A stretch of 64,000 nt of DNA from Escherichia coli (GTDB lineage Bacteria; Pseudomonadota; Gammaproteobacteria; Enterobacterales; Enterobacteriaceae), in the NCBI RefSeq assembly GCF_003334335.1, contig NZ_QOWQ01000011.1; one strand, 5' to 3'. Positions 40,214 to 52,917 of this stretch are shown here, one piece after another. A program made the translations under genes and the position numbers. Position 1 is the first letter of the stretch, and each line of letters starts with the position of its first letter. The notes beneath the pieces are model-generated. The model saw only the letters and a list, made by a program, of their open reading frames with translations, was not told the origin of the DNA and searched no databases.

Positions 40214-42435
40214 AGCGTTGGTTCCCCCGGCGGTAACGGTTCAGCCGGGGTCGCGCCCGGAGCAGGCAGCACCTGATAAGTCTGCACTGGCGCGCGAACG
40301 CCCGCCAGGTCGAAATGTTTTTTCACCTGGCTGTCGAGGGCAAAGCGTACCGTCCACTGTTTGAGTGGCAGCGTGGTGAACGAAACACGCAGTGTAAACG
40401 CGGTATTGCTTAAGCCGACAATCCCGGCAAAATTCGGTTCACCAATAATCAGCCCGCGAATTTCTTCGTTTTCCATTAATTCCGCTACCGCATCTTTCAG
40501 TGCCTGATTGGCTTTATCAGCATCTTCATGGCGATCAACATCATAATTTGCCACCACCGAACCAATGCCGCGGACAAAGTTAGCAAAGGTGGTTATCGAA
40601 GACCACGGAATGATGTGATACGCCCCGGTATCCTGTCGTACGCCCACGGAGCGAATCGACATCCGTTCCACTGTGCCGGTCAACGGCCCGATAGTCACCA
40701 AATCTCCAGTGTTCATGCCGTTTTCAAACTGAATAAATACCCCGGTGATAATATCTTTCACCAGCGTTTGCGAACCAAACGAGATAGCCAGACCTAATGC
40801 CCCGGCACCTGCCAGCAATGGCGCGATATTGACGCCGATTTCCGACAACACAATCATGATGGTGATGGTACTGATAATCACCGCCAGCGCGTTACGAAAC
40901 AGCGTAAGCAGGGTACGCGTGCGGGCGCTGGGTAGCGGGCGGCCATGAATATCCGAAGCCAGCCGGTTTTCGATCAAACTGGCGAGCACCGTCCAGCCAA
41001 CCGCCGAGAAGAAAAGAATGAGTGCGATACGGATCAGGATATCTACGGTTTTCTGCCCCGCGCCGTTTTGCAGCCAGTTCCAGAAATCGAACAATCCCCA
41101 TGCGCTCAACAGCAACATTACCGCCACGCAGACTGTCAGAATACGCGCCGTTTTCAGCGCCGCCGACAGCCAGCCATTCAACCGTTTTTGCAGCTCCGGA
41201 TAGTTACGCTGAGTATGTGGCGAGAGAGTGATGGTTTTCGCCAGCCAGCGGGAAAACATACCGGAAACAAACGCTGCGATACCAATAATCGCCAGGCTGC
41301 GCACCGTTGCACCCATCATAAATTTCAGGCTGTTGCCCGGATCGAACAACGAAAAGAAAAACAGCACGATAAAATAGGCGCTTGCCAGCCAGTGCCACAC
41401 CAGCGCAAAGGCGCGGATAAACAGGCTGAAAAAGGCCAGCGAATGCTCCGCGAAGTTGAGCAAATGCTGGGTAATCTCTTTTTTATTACGAAAGATCAGG
41501 TACAACGCCCAGACGGTCATGCACAGCATAATGATGACGTTCGCCAGCGCACCTATCTGTACATTCACCTGATTAGAGATAATCGGCACGGCCACAATCA
41601 GGCCATAACCTATCAAACTGCTTAACCAGCTCAGGCGACGACTCCAGTAACGGGCGCTCTCGTCCTGAATCGTGAACGGGCGCAGCTCCGCCACGTTTGG
41701 GCAAAAAATCAGGCGTAGTACGGCTTTGAAAAATTCAATGAGGGCAAAGGCGTTGAGAAACAAACTTTGTTGGAAAGCGATGGTGCGACTGCCTGCATTC
41801 AGGTTGTCGCTTAATACCTGGCCGACAAATAATGTCAGGGCCAGTAACAGCAGGTCGATAATAAACGCCCCGATAATCATCGCCGGAAGCTGCAACCAGT
41901 TGCTGCGCTCACGATTTTTTTGCCGCGCCCACTGACCCATTTTGCGATACAGCGGCAGTGCGCACAGGCGAATCAGCCAGTAAAAACCAAACACTAATAC
42001 CGCTAACATTGAAAAATGGGTCAGCGCATTGCTGAAGGTTTGTGGATTAAACGGCTTATGCGGGGAGCCGGTGATATTGCGATAAAGTTGCCCGAAGCGG
42101 GCGGAAAGGGCTTCACCATAATGGCGGCTGACTTCGGTGACCTTTTGCAGCACGGTTTGCTCTTCGACCAGCGTCGGCGGCACTATTTTTGGTACCGGTT
42201 CAGCAGGGGGCGTAGCGGCAACGGTGCGCAACTGGTCGATCAACTCTTTACGCGAGGTGTCATTATCCAGCACATCCGCCAGTGCGCCATAGGCCGCTTT
42301 TTTTTGTTCGATATCCGGTTCCGGGGCCGGTTCAGTCGTTGAGTCCGTTGTCGTTGTGGTTGTAACGCCGGGTATGGATACCGCGTGGGCAGGTGCGCCC
42401 AGCAGGCAGAAGAGGATGAACAGGATCCACCGCAT
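40210..42435 (-). CDS. ybiO: Mechanosensitive channel, MscS family
   Basis: Start set at [18 protein letters not shown] (741 aa), with signal peptide. Confidence 0.9.
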
Positions 42436-42586
42436 GACTCCTCCAGTGAGAAAATAGAGCAAAAAGATAAGTATAGATGCTGGAGGAGGGGCGATTTTAA
42501 ATGAGAGGAATCTGGTGTGCCTCCCTTTCGGGTGAAAGGGAGGAAGGGATATTAAGCAGGTTGCTGACAACGTGCGGGCTTTTTTG

Positions 42587-42688
42587 CCGGATGCGGCGTG
42601 AACGCCTTATCCGTCCTACAAGTTCATGCAATTTTAATAAGTTGCCAGATATCCTGTAGGCCTGATAAGCGTAGCGCATCAGGCAATG
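42587..42688. repeat. Composite REP unit, opposite orientation to 12541-12637
   Basis: CCGGATGCGGCGTGAACGCCTTATCCGTCCTAC ... GTAGGCCTGATAAGCGTAGCGCATCAGGC. Confidence 0.8.
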
Positions 42689-42695
42689 TGTCTTA

Positions 42696-43418
42696 TTAAG
42701 AGACGTGCTGCAAAAATTCCTGCAAGCGCTGGCTCGGCGGGTTCTTGATCAACACCTGCGGATTGCCATCTTCCGCAATCCGGCCTTTGTCGATAAAGAT
42801 CAGCCGCGAAGCTACTTTCTCGGCAAAACCGATTTCGTGGGTCACGATCACCATCGTCATCCCTTCTTCAGCCAGATCCTGCATAACCTTCAGCACTTCA
42901 TGGCGCAGTTCCGGGTCAAGAGCGGAAGTCGGTTCATCAAACAGCATCATTTTCGGCTTCACCGCCAGCGCGCGGGCAATCGCCACACGCTGCTGTTGAC
43001 CACCAGAAAGTTCGGAAGGGTAGTGATGTGCACGTTCTGCCAGACCGACTTTCGCCAGCAGCTCACGTGCCAGTTTTTCCGCCTCTTCTTTGTTCGCGCC
43101 ACGCACGCGTAGCGGGCCAAACATGACGTTTTCCAGCGCTGTCAGATGCGGGAAGAGGTAAAACTGCTGGAACACCATACCTGCTTCCTGGCGAATCAGG
43201 CGCTCGTCAACTTTCGGATCGTTAACCTTCAGGCCATCGACAATCAGATCGCCGGAGGTGATTTCTTCCAGTTTGTTGATGCAGCGCAGCAGGGTCGATT
43301 TACCGGAACCGGACGGCCCGATAATCACCACGACTTCGCCCTGGGCAATGTTCAAATCGATATTGTGCAGCACCTGGGTTGGGCCAAAGTGCTTGGAGAC
43401 GTTTTTAAATTCAATCAC
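42696..43418 (-). CDS. glnQ: Glutamine ABC transporter ATP-binding protein
   Basis: 240 aa, Walker [10 protein letters not shown]. Confidence 0.95.
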
Positions 43419-44074
43419 AGGATTTTCATCCTTCTTTCCAGACGACGCAGAATAAAGCTCAGCACCAGGGTAATAATCAGATAGAACACCGCCACGGCGC
43501 TCCAGATCTCAAGGGCGCGGAAGTTACCGGCAATAATTTCTTGCCCCTGACGGGTCAGTTCCGCCACGCCGATCACAATAAACAGCGAGGTGTCTTTAAT
43601 GCTGATGATCCACTGGTTACCCAGCGGCGGCAGCATACGACGCAGTGCCAGCGGTAAAATGACGTAGCGAATGGTTTCCCAACGTGAAAGACCGAGCGCC
43701 AGTCCTGCTTCACGAAAACCTTTGTGGATAGACAGCACCGCACCACGCGTGATTTCCGCAATATACGCGCCGGAGTTGATCATGATGGTGACCACCGCCG
43801 CAGTAAATGGGTCGATGCGTAAGTCGTTAAACGCCATCGGCAGGGCGAAATAAATAAACATCACCTGGACGACGATAGGTGTGCCGCGGATCACTTCAAT
43901 AAAGACCAGCGCGACGTGGTTGGCTATCCAACCTCCGAAGGTGCGTGCAAAACCTGCCAGCAATCCGATTACCAGACCGCCTGCCAGACCGAGGACCGAA
44001 ATCCACAGGGTCATTTTGGCACCTTCAATCAGAAGCGGAATGGCAGGCCAGATGGCACTCCAGTCAAACTGCAT
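43415..44074 (-). CDS. glnP: Glutamine ABC transporter permease
   Basis: 219 aa; overlaps the glnQ start. Confidence 0.95.
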
Positions 44075-44122
44075 ATGTTGTTCCTGTTACCGTGGTGTAA
44101 ATAATCAAATTCAGGGTAATTA

Positions 44123-44190
44123 ATGGCCCCGGAGCGGGTTTGCGCCCCTCACCCTAATCCTCTCCCCATAGGGGAGAGGGAACTGCCAGT
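44123..44190. repeat. GC-rich palindromic intergenic element between glnH and glnP
   Basis: GGCCCCGGAGCGGGTTTGCGCCCCTCACCCTAATCCTCTCCCCATAGGGGAGAGGG, with inverted repeat CCTCTCCCC/GGGGAGAGG. Confidence 0.5.
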
Positions 44191-44212
44191 GCGTTTTACA
44201 GGTGTAGCGTTA

Positions 44213-44974
<762 letters not shown>

Positions 44975-45011
44975 CTATCCACGGGACGATCCCCTGCGTG
45001 ACATTCACATA

Positions 45012-45029
45012 TATGAAAAAATCGTGCCA
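45012..45029 (-). promoter_or_regulatory. Sigma54-type promoter (glnHp2-like)
   Basis: The minus strand reads TGGCACGATTTTTTCAT (-24 GG / -12 region) about 60 bp upstream of the glnH start. Confidence 0.55.
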
Positions 45030-45362
45030 GTTTTGCAACTCCTTGATTTTTCGAGATGCGGCAAAAACGTGATGCACGATTTATAGGGCAATACCCTGAA
45101 GATGCACCATTCTGGGGCACCAATCTGGTGCGCTAAAATTGTGCACTCAACACAGTGATTATTTAGCGTAAAACCTGATGAAAAAACAATCTTTATGTAA
45201 CGATTGTGTGATGATGTGGATACAAAAAATTTACTTAATCAGCTGGAGATAGCAGATGGATGCACTAAATAAGTGCGTTGAGGTGGGCTGCAAAACAAAA
45301 CGGCCTCCTGTCAGGAAGCCGCTTTTATCGGGTACTAAAGTTCTGCACCATCAGCGATGGAT

Positions 45363-46010
<648 letters not shown>

Positions 46011-46126
46011 TTAGATATATTGATAAGAACAATTCTTATTTATCTGCTCGCCAGGAATTTTCGGAATAAATATGCTTTTGCATAATTCGATATATAAAGA
46101 CGGTGTAGAGGAAAAGTAGCGAGAAA

Positions 46127-46156
46127 TTCTGCATGGTTATGCATAACCATGCAGAA
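46127..46156. terminator. Perfect 30-bp palindrome directly downstream of rhtA (candidate terminator or binding site)
   Basis: TTCTGCATGGTTATGCATAACCATGCAGAA is its own reverse complement. Confidence 0.4.
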
Positions 46157-46164
46157 ATGTAAAT

Positions 46165-47052
46165 TTAATTAATGTCTAATTCTTTTATTTTGCTCTCTTT
46201 GCGTACTGTCAGCGTAGACCCCATTGAAGCGGCGATGATAGCGCCGAGCGCCAGTAGCTGTATGGGTGTCAGTGTTTCTCCGAGGAAAATCATCCCGGAA
46301 ACGGCAGCCAGCGCCGGTTCCATGCTCATCAGCGTACCAAATGTCCGTGTTGGCAAACGGGTGAGGGCAATCATTTCCAGCGAATAAGGCAGAGCGGTCG
46401 AGAGAATAGCGACAGCCAGACCCAATGGAATAACCGACCAGTGCCAGAGTGCTTCACCAGCCTGAAGCGCTCCAATTGGCACGAAAATTAACGCTGCAAT
46501 CAACGAACCAATTGCCACCGTCGCAGGGCCATGTTCCGCTCCTGCGCGTTGCCCACTTAAAATGTAAATAGCCCAACAAGCCCCGGCCCCCAGTGCCAGC
46601 GCACAGCCGGTTAAATCGACATGGGAAACGTCTTGCCCCAGCGGTAGCAGGAACCACAGACCAAGAACCGCCAGCACAACCCAGACGAAATCTACCGGGC
46701 GACGAGAAGAGAACAGCGCCACCGCCAGTGGTCCGGTGAACTCCAGCGCCACCGCAATACCCAGCGGTACTGTCTGAATAGAAAGATAAAAAAGATAATT
46801 CATCCCACCCAGCGAAACGCCGTAAAACAACAGCGGTAACCGTTGCTCTTTGGCAAAGCGCAGTCGCCATGGCTTAAAGAACGCGATGAGGATCAGCGTT
46901 CCTAATGCCAGACGCAGCGCAGTGACACCCGGTGCGCCCACCAGAGGAAAAAGTGACTTAGCTAACGAGGCTCCACCCTGAATAGACGCCATGGCAACGA
47001 GCAATATGACTATTGGTAACCAGACCGGCATTTTACGTAATGAACCAGGCAT
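46165..47052 (-). CDS. rhtA: Threonine/homoserine exporter (DMT superfamily)
   Basis: Start set at MPGSLRKMPVWLPIVILL (295 aa). Confidence 0.92.
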   Translation of the reverse strand: MPGSLRKMPVWLPIVILLVAMASIQGGASLAKSLFPLVGAPGVTALRLALGTLILIAFFKPWRLRFAKEQRLPLLFYGVSLGGMNYLFYLSIQTVPLGIAVALEFTGPLAVALFSSRRPVDFVWVVLAVLGLWFLLPLGQDVSHVDLTGCALALGAGACWAIYILSGQRAGAEHGPATVAIGSLIAALIFVPIGALQAGEALWHWSVIPLGLAVAILSTALPYSLEMIALTRLPTRTFGTLMSMEPALAAVSGMIFLGETLTPIQLLALGAIIAASMGSTLTVRKESKIKELDIN

Positions 47053-47404
47053 CCTTTCTCCCACAAATATCTAGACTTAAGTAAAGCGTGGAGTGTACTG
47101 GATATACCCAATGCTGGTTGAGCATTTGTTGAAAAAATTTTCCCCCGTTTTGACTAAAATGCGCCAGGATTGATGGAATCATTAGTCTGGTGATTAGGAA
47201 TAATCTGGATGAATGACAGGGAAAACATGCGTAATACTTACGCAGTTCTCTGAAAAAGTGATTTAAATTTAGATGGATAGCGGTGTATGGAAACGTTCTG
47301 TTACATGAAATGGCCCGTTAGACATCACAAATCGCGAAGAGTTTCCCATTAATTTTTGATATATTTAAAACTTAGGACTTATTTGAATCACATTTGAGGT
47401 GGTT

Positions 47405-47920
47405 ATGAAAAAAATTGCATGTCTTTCAGCACTGGCCGCAGTTCTGGCTTTCACCGCAGGTACTTCCGTAGCTGCGACTTCTACTGTAACTGGCGGTTAC
47501 GCACAGAGCGACGCTCAGGGCCAAATGAACAAAATGGGCGGTTTCAACCTGAAATACCGCTATGAAGAAGACAACAGCCCGCTGGGTGTGATCGGTTCTT
47601 TCACTTACACCGAGAAAAGCCGTACTGCAAGCTCTGGTGACTACAACAAAAACCAGTACTACGGCATCACTGCTGGTCCGGCTTACCGCATTAACGACTG
47701 GGCAAGCATCTACGGTGTAGTGGGTGTGGGTTATGGTAAATTCCAGACCACTGAATACCCGACCTACAAACACGACACCAGCGACTACGGTTTCTCCTAC
47801 GGTGCGGGTCTGCAGTTCAACCCGATGGAAAACGTTGCTCTGGACTTCTCTTACGAGCAGAGCCGTATTCGTAGCGTTGACGTAGGCACCTGGATTGCCG
47901 GTGTTGGTTACCGCTTCTAA
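47405..47920 (+). CDS. ompX: Outer membrane protein X
   Basis: Start set at MKKIACLSALAAVLAFTAGTSVA (171 aa); ends ...GYRF. Confidence 0.95.
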   Translation: MKKIACLSALAAVLAFTAGTSVAATSTVTGGYAQSDAQGQMNKMGGFNLKYRYEEDNSPLGVIGSFTYTEKSRTASSGDYNKNQYYGITAGPAYRINDWASIYGVVGVGYGKFQTTEYPTYKHDTSDYGFSYGAGLQFNPMENVALDFSYEQSRIRSVDVGTWIAGVGYRF

Positions 47921-47935
47921 TCACTTTGGTGATAT

Positions 47936-47970
47936 AAAAAATCCGCCTCTCGGGGCGGATTTTTGTTTTT
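47936..47970. terminator. Rho-independent terminator after ompX (bidirectional, shared with the opgE 3' end)
   Basis: AAAAATCCGCCTCTCGGGGCGGATTTTTGTTTTT: GC-rich hairpin flanked by an A-run and a T-run. Confidence 0.85.
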
Positions 47971-49552
47971 AAGGTTTCGGGTCGAAAATATCGGTTCCGA
48001 GATGGTTGTAATCCACCTTCTGTAACTGGAAGTTGGTGATGTATATCGGCCCGGCTTTCTTCTCAGATATAAACGGGTATTTGATGTTAATTTCCTTCGC
48101 TTTAATCCCCGTCCACTGGGAGAAAAAGCCTAAGAAGTCATTGGCTGAGCGGCGGGCTTTAATCACACGATGCGCTTTATCGTCGCTGGAAATGACCATA
48201 AAAGGCACCTGGAAATTTTGCTGATATTTATCATCATGGGCAAGGTATTGCACGTCTTTACCGCGCTCTTTAAAGGCCAGACCGTGGTCAGAAAAGTAAA
48301 CCAGCGAGAAGCTGCTGCCGCTGTTGCGTAACTGATCGTACAGCTTGCGCAGTAAATCGTCCGTTTGCGTCATGGTATAGAGATAGCACGACGTTTCTTT
48401 CGATTGCACAAAGGTTTCGTATTTTCCTTGTGTCCTGTCGCAGGCCTGCGGATGTGAGCCCATCAGATGTAGAACAATCAGCTGCGGTTGCGAGTGCTCT
48501 TGCGCCAGCACTTGAGCGGTCATATCCAGTAACGCTTCGTCTTTGGTGTTTTTATCTGCTTCAAAATTACCTTCTTTCAGGAAGTACACTTCATCTGCTC
48601 GTTTGGCGATGCTGGCGATAGCGGTATCGTATTCGCCGATTTGACCCTGGTTGGAAAACCACCAGGTCTGGAAGCCCGCGCGATTTGCCAGGGTGACAAA
48701 GTTATCCTGAAACTGTGGTTTGCCATCGACAACGCGATTGAGCGTTAAGCCAAGCGATTTCTGCGTGGAGCCACTGGCGGCAATGTAGTCAGCAAATATC
48801 AAACCGTTAACGCTGCTGGCAAACGGGGTATTGTCCCAGTGACCGCCAAAGGCACCGAGGGCATCGCGACGCGCGCTTTCACCGATCACCACCACATAGG
48901 TCTGATACTTCGGCTTAACGGCAGTGACCGTCCAGGTATCTTTCATTCCGGAAAGTTTTGCCATCCGTTCTTGCTCTTCAATCACCTCGTTATTATTGAC
49001 GATGACATCCTTAGCAAAACGAAATACCGGATAGCCAGTATCTTTCAGTTTAAATACGCCACCCCAGGCCAGGTTTTGCACGGGAGCAACAAAAAATGTC
49101 GCCACACTGAATACCAGACACAGGCTGTCGAAGGTATTCCAGCGCGCTTTTTCATTCTCTTTTTTTCGCCTGATTGCTATTACGCCGAGCGCAAAAATAA
49201 ATAAGCCGACCAGGTAGCTGTACCACGGAAAAATCGTCAGGATTTCGGTCGACTCTTCCATATTGGTGGAGTGCAATGCCAGCAATGTATTGAAATTAGG
49301 CGCGCCGTAGGCCTGAGCAAAAGGGAAATAACAAGCCGCCACCAGCGAACTGACACCGACCAGAACTTTTTGTACGCGAGGCAATGTTCGCCATAGCAAA
49401 AGCAAAATAGCCGTAAACGCAGCGGTGTAGAGCAAACTGAAGGGGTAACCTAAGCCGAGGTTAATTAATAGCGACTGTAAAAAGTAGAACGCAGTCCACG
49501 GGCTAAATACCCGGCTACGGGTAACAAGCGATTCTTTGAGGGTTAAATTCAT
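47969..49552 (-). CDS. opgE: Phosphoethanolamine transferase
   Basis: 527 aa (formerly ybiP); N-terminal transmembrane region plus sulfatase-like domain. Confidence 0.9.
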   Translation of the reverse strand: MNLTLKESLVTRSRVFSPWTAFYFLQSLLINLGLGYPFSLLYTAAFTAILLLLWRTLPRVQKVLVGVSSLVAACYFPFAQAYGAPNFNTLLALHSTNMEESTEILTIFPWYSYLVGLFIFALGVIAIRRKKENEKARWNTFDSLCLVFSVATFFVAPVQNLAWGGVFKLKDTGYPVFRFAKDVIVNNNEVIEEQERMAKLSGMKDTWTVTAVKPKYQTYVVVIGESARRDALGAFGGHWDNTPFASSVNGLIFADYIAASGSTQKSLGLTLNRVVDGKPQFQDNFVTLANRAGFQTWWFSNQGQIGEYDTAIASIAKRADEVYFLKEGNFEADKNTKDEALLDMTAQVLAQEHSQPQLIVLHLMGSHPQACDRTQGKYETFVQSKETSCYLYTMTQTDDLLRKLYDQLRNSGSSFSLVYFSDHGLAFKERGKDVQYLAHDDKYQQNFQVPFMVISSDDKAHRVIKARRSANDFLGFFSQWTGIKAKEINIKYPFISEKKAGPIYITNFQLQKVDYNHLGTDIFDPKP

Positions 49553-49823
49553 ATGCCACTATCGTAACAAACGCCATGTGCTTACCCTGGCGTCAAGGGT
49601 CAATACCTGCAAGAGTGCGTGAAGAGTGGAAAGGGGTCCGCATCCGCGAGCCGCAATATACGCAGGGCTGCAAGAAGATAGAGCGAGCCGCCGTTCAGGT
49701 CAACTACTGACGAACAAATCTTTTGCGAAGGGGATTGCAAATCCGACAAAAAGTGGGGTTTTTCAGACCAAAACGCGTTATGCCTGCATGAAAGCAGGAG
49801 TGAAGCGGCGTACCGCGACGCCG

Positions 49824-49952
49824 CTATTTATCGGAAGGTTTATCTTGCTGCGGTTTGTTGTTGACCATATCGCACAACATAGAGAGCAGCATTAACCGTA
49901 CTTTAAAGGGAGAATGACTAAACACGCGCATACACCTCTTGAACTCATTCAT
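49824..49952 (-). CDS. mntS: Small protein MntS (42 aa)
   Basis: Manual translation of the minus strand gives MNEFKRCMRVFSHSPFKVRLMLLSMLCDMVNNKPQQDKPSDK followed by a stop. Below the ORF-track size cut-off. Confidence 0.85.
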   Translation of the reverse strand: MNEFKRCMRVFSHSPFKVRLMLLSMLCDMVNNKPQQDKPSDK

Positions 49953-50014
49953 AAGACCTCCTGACTTGCTAATCCCGTCGATCCTTGAGGGATGATTGCA
50001 TTACATACAGATAT

Positions 50015-50035
50015 AGCACAGGCTATATTATATAG
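50015..50035. promoter_or_regulatory. Candidate MntR operator in the mntS / mntR intergenic region
   Basis: Perfect palindrome GCTATATTATATAGC upstream of mntS. Confidence 0.4.
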
Positions 50036-50137
50036 CTATTGCTAAAACGTTAATTTTTTGTACCTTCGCAACTCTGGTTTACAATGTGCGCACGAAATGA
50101 GAACGCTATGTATGCGTCACCATAATGAGGAAGCACA

Positions 50138-50605
50138 ATGAGTCGTCGCGCAGGTACGCCAACAGCAAAAAAAGTGACGCAGTTAGTGAACGTGGAAGAG
50201 CACGTTGAAGGGTTCCGCCAGGTCAGAGAGGCGCATCGGCGCGAGCTTATTGATGATTACGTTGAGCTGATTTCTGACTTGATCAGGGAAGTGGGGGAAG
50301 CTCGTCAGGTGGACATGGCTGCTCGTCTGGGAGTTTCGCAACCGACGGTGGCTAAAATGCTTAAGCGGCTGGCAACCATGGGGCTGATTGAAATGATCCC
50401 CTGGCGTGGCGTGTTTTTAACGGCAGAAGGAGAGAAGCTGGCGCAGGAAAGCCGCGAGCGACATCAGATAGTCGAAAATTTCTTGTTGGTGTTGGGCGTC
50501 AGTCCGGAAATCGCCCGTCGCGACGCGGAAGGCATGGAGCACCATGTTAGTGAAGAGACGCTCGACGCTTTTCGTTTGTTTACCCAGAAACACGGTGCCA
50601 AATGA
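50138..50605 (+). CDS. mntR: Manganese-responsive transcriptional regulator (DtxR family)
   Basis: 155 aa, recognised. Confidence 0.93.
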
Positions 50606-51720
50606 GCCTGCCTTTTTTACGCACGCTGCAAGGCGATCGTTTTTTTCAGTTATTAATTCTTGTTGGTATCGGATTAAGCTTTTTCGTGCCCTTTGCACCG
50701 AAATCCTGGCCTGCTGCTATCGACTGGCACACCATCATCACCTTAAGCGGCCTGATGCTGCTGACCAAAGGTGTGGAGTTAAGCGGTTATTTTGATGTGC
50801 TGGGGCGCAAAATGGTGCGCCGCTTTGCTACGGAGCGTCGGCTGGCGATGTTTATGGTGCTGGCGGCGGCGCTGCTTTCTACCTTTCTGACCAACGATGT
50901 CGCGCTGTTTATTGTTGTTCCGCTGACTATCACGCTAAAAAGACTGTGTGAGATCCCGGTTAATCGGCTGATTATTTTTGAGGCGCTGGCAGTCAACGCT
51001 GGTTCGCTACTGACGCCAATTGGCAACCCGCAAAATATTCTTATCTGGGGACGTTCTGGTCTTTCGTTTGCCGGATTTATTGCCCAAATGGCACCGCTGG
51101 CTGGCGCAATGATGCTGACGCTCCTGCTCCTGTGCTGGTGTTGTTTCCCTGGAAAGGCGATGCAATACCATACGGGGGTGCAAACACCGGAGTGGAAACC
51201 GCGGCTGGTGTGGAGTTGTCTGGGGCTGTATATCGTCTTTCTGACGGCGCTGGAGTTCAAACAAGAGCTGTGGGGACTGGTGATTGTGGCGGCAGGCTTT
51301 GCGCTGCTGGCACGTCGCGTGGTGCTCAGTGTGGACTGGACGCTGCTGCTGGTGTTTATGGCGATGTTTATCGACGTCCATTTACTGACCCAGCTTCCAG
51401 CGTTGCAAGGCGTGTTGGGTAACGTGAGTCATCTATCTGAACCCGGGTTATGGTTAACGGCAATCGGTTTATCGCAGGTGATCAGTAACGTGCCGAGTAC
51501 CATATTGTTGCTGAACTATGTGCCGCCGTCTTTATTACTGGTATGGGCGGTAAACGTAGGTGGCTTTGGGTTATTACCCGGATCGCTGGCAAATTTGATT
51601 GCGCTACGTATGGCGAACGATCGCCGCATCTGGTGGCGTTTCCATCTCTATTCAATACCGATGCTGTTGTGGGCGGCGTTGGTGGGATATGTTTTGTTAG
51701 TTATACTCCCGGCCAACTAG
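50602..51720 (+). CDS. ybiR: ArsB/NhaD-superfamily transporter
   Basis: 372 aa polytopic membrane protein; start overlaps the mntR stop. Confidence 0.9.
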
Positions 51721-51732
51721 GGTCTGGCAAAT

Positions 51733-51766
51733 AAAAAAGGCGGATTATGAGTCCGCCTTTTGCTTT
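51733..51766. terminator. Bidirectional rho-independent terminator between ybiR and ldtB
   Basis: AAAAAAGGCGGATTATGAGTCCGCCTTTTGCTTT. Confidence 0.85.
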
Positions 51767-51778
51767 AAGTTTTGAAGA

Positions 51779-52699
51779 TTAATTCAGACGAACCGGCATC
51801 CCGGAGCGGTTTTTAATCGCTTCATCAAGAACAACCTGGTCAACATCTGGCTGACCGGTCACTGTCTGCACGCTCTTCGTCAGGGTAATTGGCACAATTT
51901 CCTGACCTTCAAACTGGGCTTCGGTGGTAGACAGCGGGTTATGGACTTCAATATAACGGCTGCCGTCTGGCTCGGTGGTCGCTTTTACCGGCTCATCAAT
52001 AAACTGTACGCGGGTACCGACCGGTACTTTCTCGAACAGGAATTTGATGTCTTCGTTACGCAGACGCACACAACCATGACTTACACGCAGGCCGATACCG
52101 AAGTTGGCGTTGGTGCCATGGATAGCATACAGGCGACCGATATAGAGTGCATACAGCCCCATCGGGTTATCCGGACCTGCCGGAACGACAGCCGGAAGCG
52201 GTTCGCCCGCAGCGCGGTACTCTGCGTGCATTTTGGCGGTCGGCGTCCAGGTCGGGCCTGCTTTTTTACGCTCAACTTTGGTGGTCCAGTTGATAGGCGT
52301 ATCTTTGCCTAACTGACCAATGCCGATCGGCAGCACGATAACGGTGTTGGTCCCTTTCGGATAGTAATAAAGACGCATCTCAGCACTGTTAATGACGATG
52401 CCTTCATGAACGGTATCCGGCAGGATCAGCTGCTGCGGAATGTTCAGTACAGTACCGCCTTTCGGCAGGAAGGTATCCACACCCGGGTTCGCTTCCATCA
52501 TATTGGAAAGCCCCATCTGGTACTCGGCGGCAAAATACTCCAGCGGCTGAGTGTTACCTTCAGGAATGGTGATCACCTGATTCTGACCAACCAGGCGACT
52601 CCCGTCGGTTGGCAGAGGATAAGTTACCGCAGAGGCGGTACTGCAAAAGCCGACAACAGCGAAGGCCGCTGCGAATAATGTTTTCAATTTCATATTCAT
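51779..52699 (-). CDS. ldtB: L,D-transpeptidase
   Basis: 306 aa (formerly ybiS), signal peptide, catalytic SHGC motif. Confidence 0.93.
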
Positions 52700-52917
52700 G
52701 TTAAGCGAGATTTTGTGCCTGGCAGGCCATTGGGTTGAGAATATTAGAGTATTGGAAGCGCATTATAAGTTCATTCCAGCTCACAGTGAAATCAGATGTG
52801 TACGAAATCACATTTTTTGCCTTTGGCTTGAGTGTAGACCTTAAGCGAGGAGCAGGATCTTCTTTCAGACTTATGGCATAATGCGCGGTTTGTCATATCT
52901 CTTTTCAGGATACGCCT

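Noticed and set aside
40945-41625. 226 aa plus-strand ORF inside ybiO
   Set aside because: Antisense shadow ORF; biased Gln/Arg/His-rich composition.
49626-49895. 89 aa plus-strand ORF in the opgE-mntR intergenic region
   Set aside because: It overlaps the recognised small gene mntS on the opposite strand.
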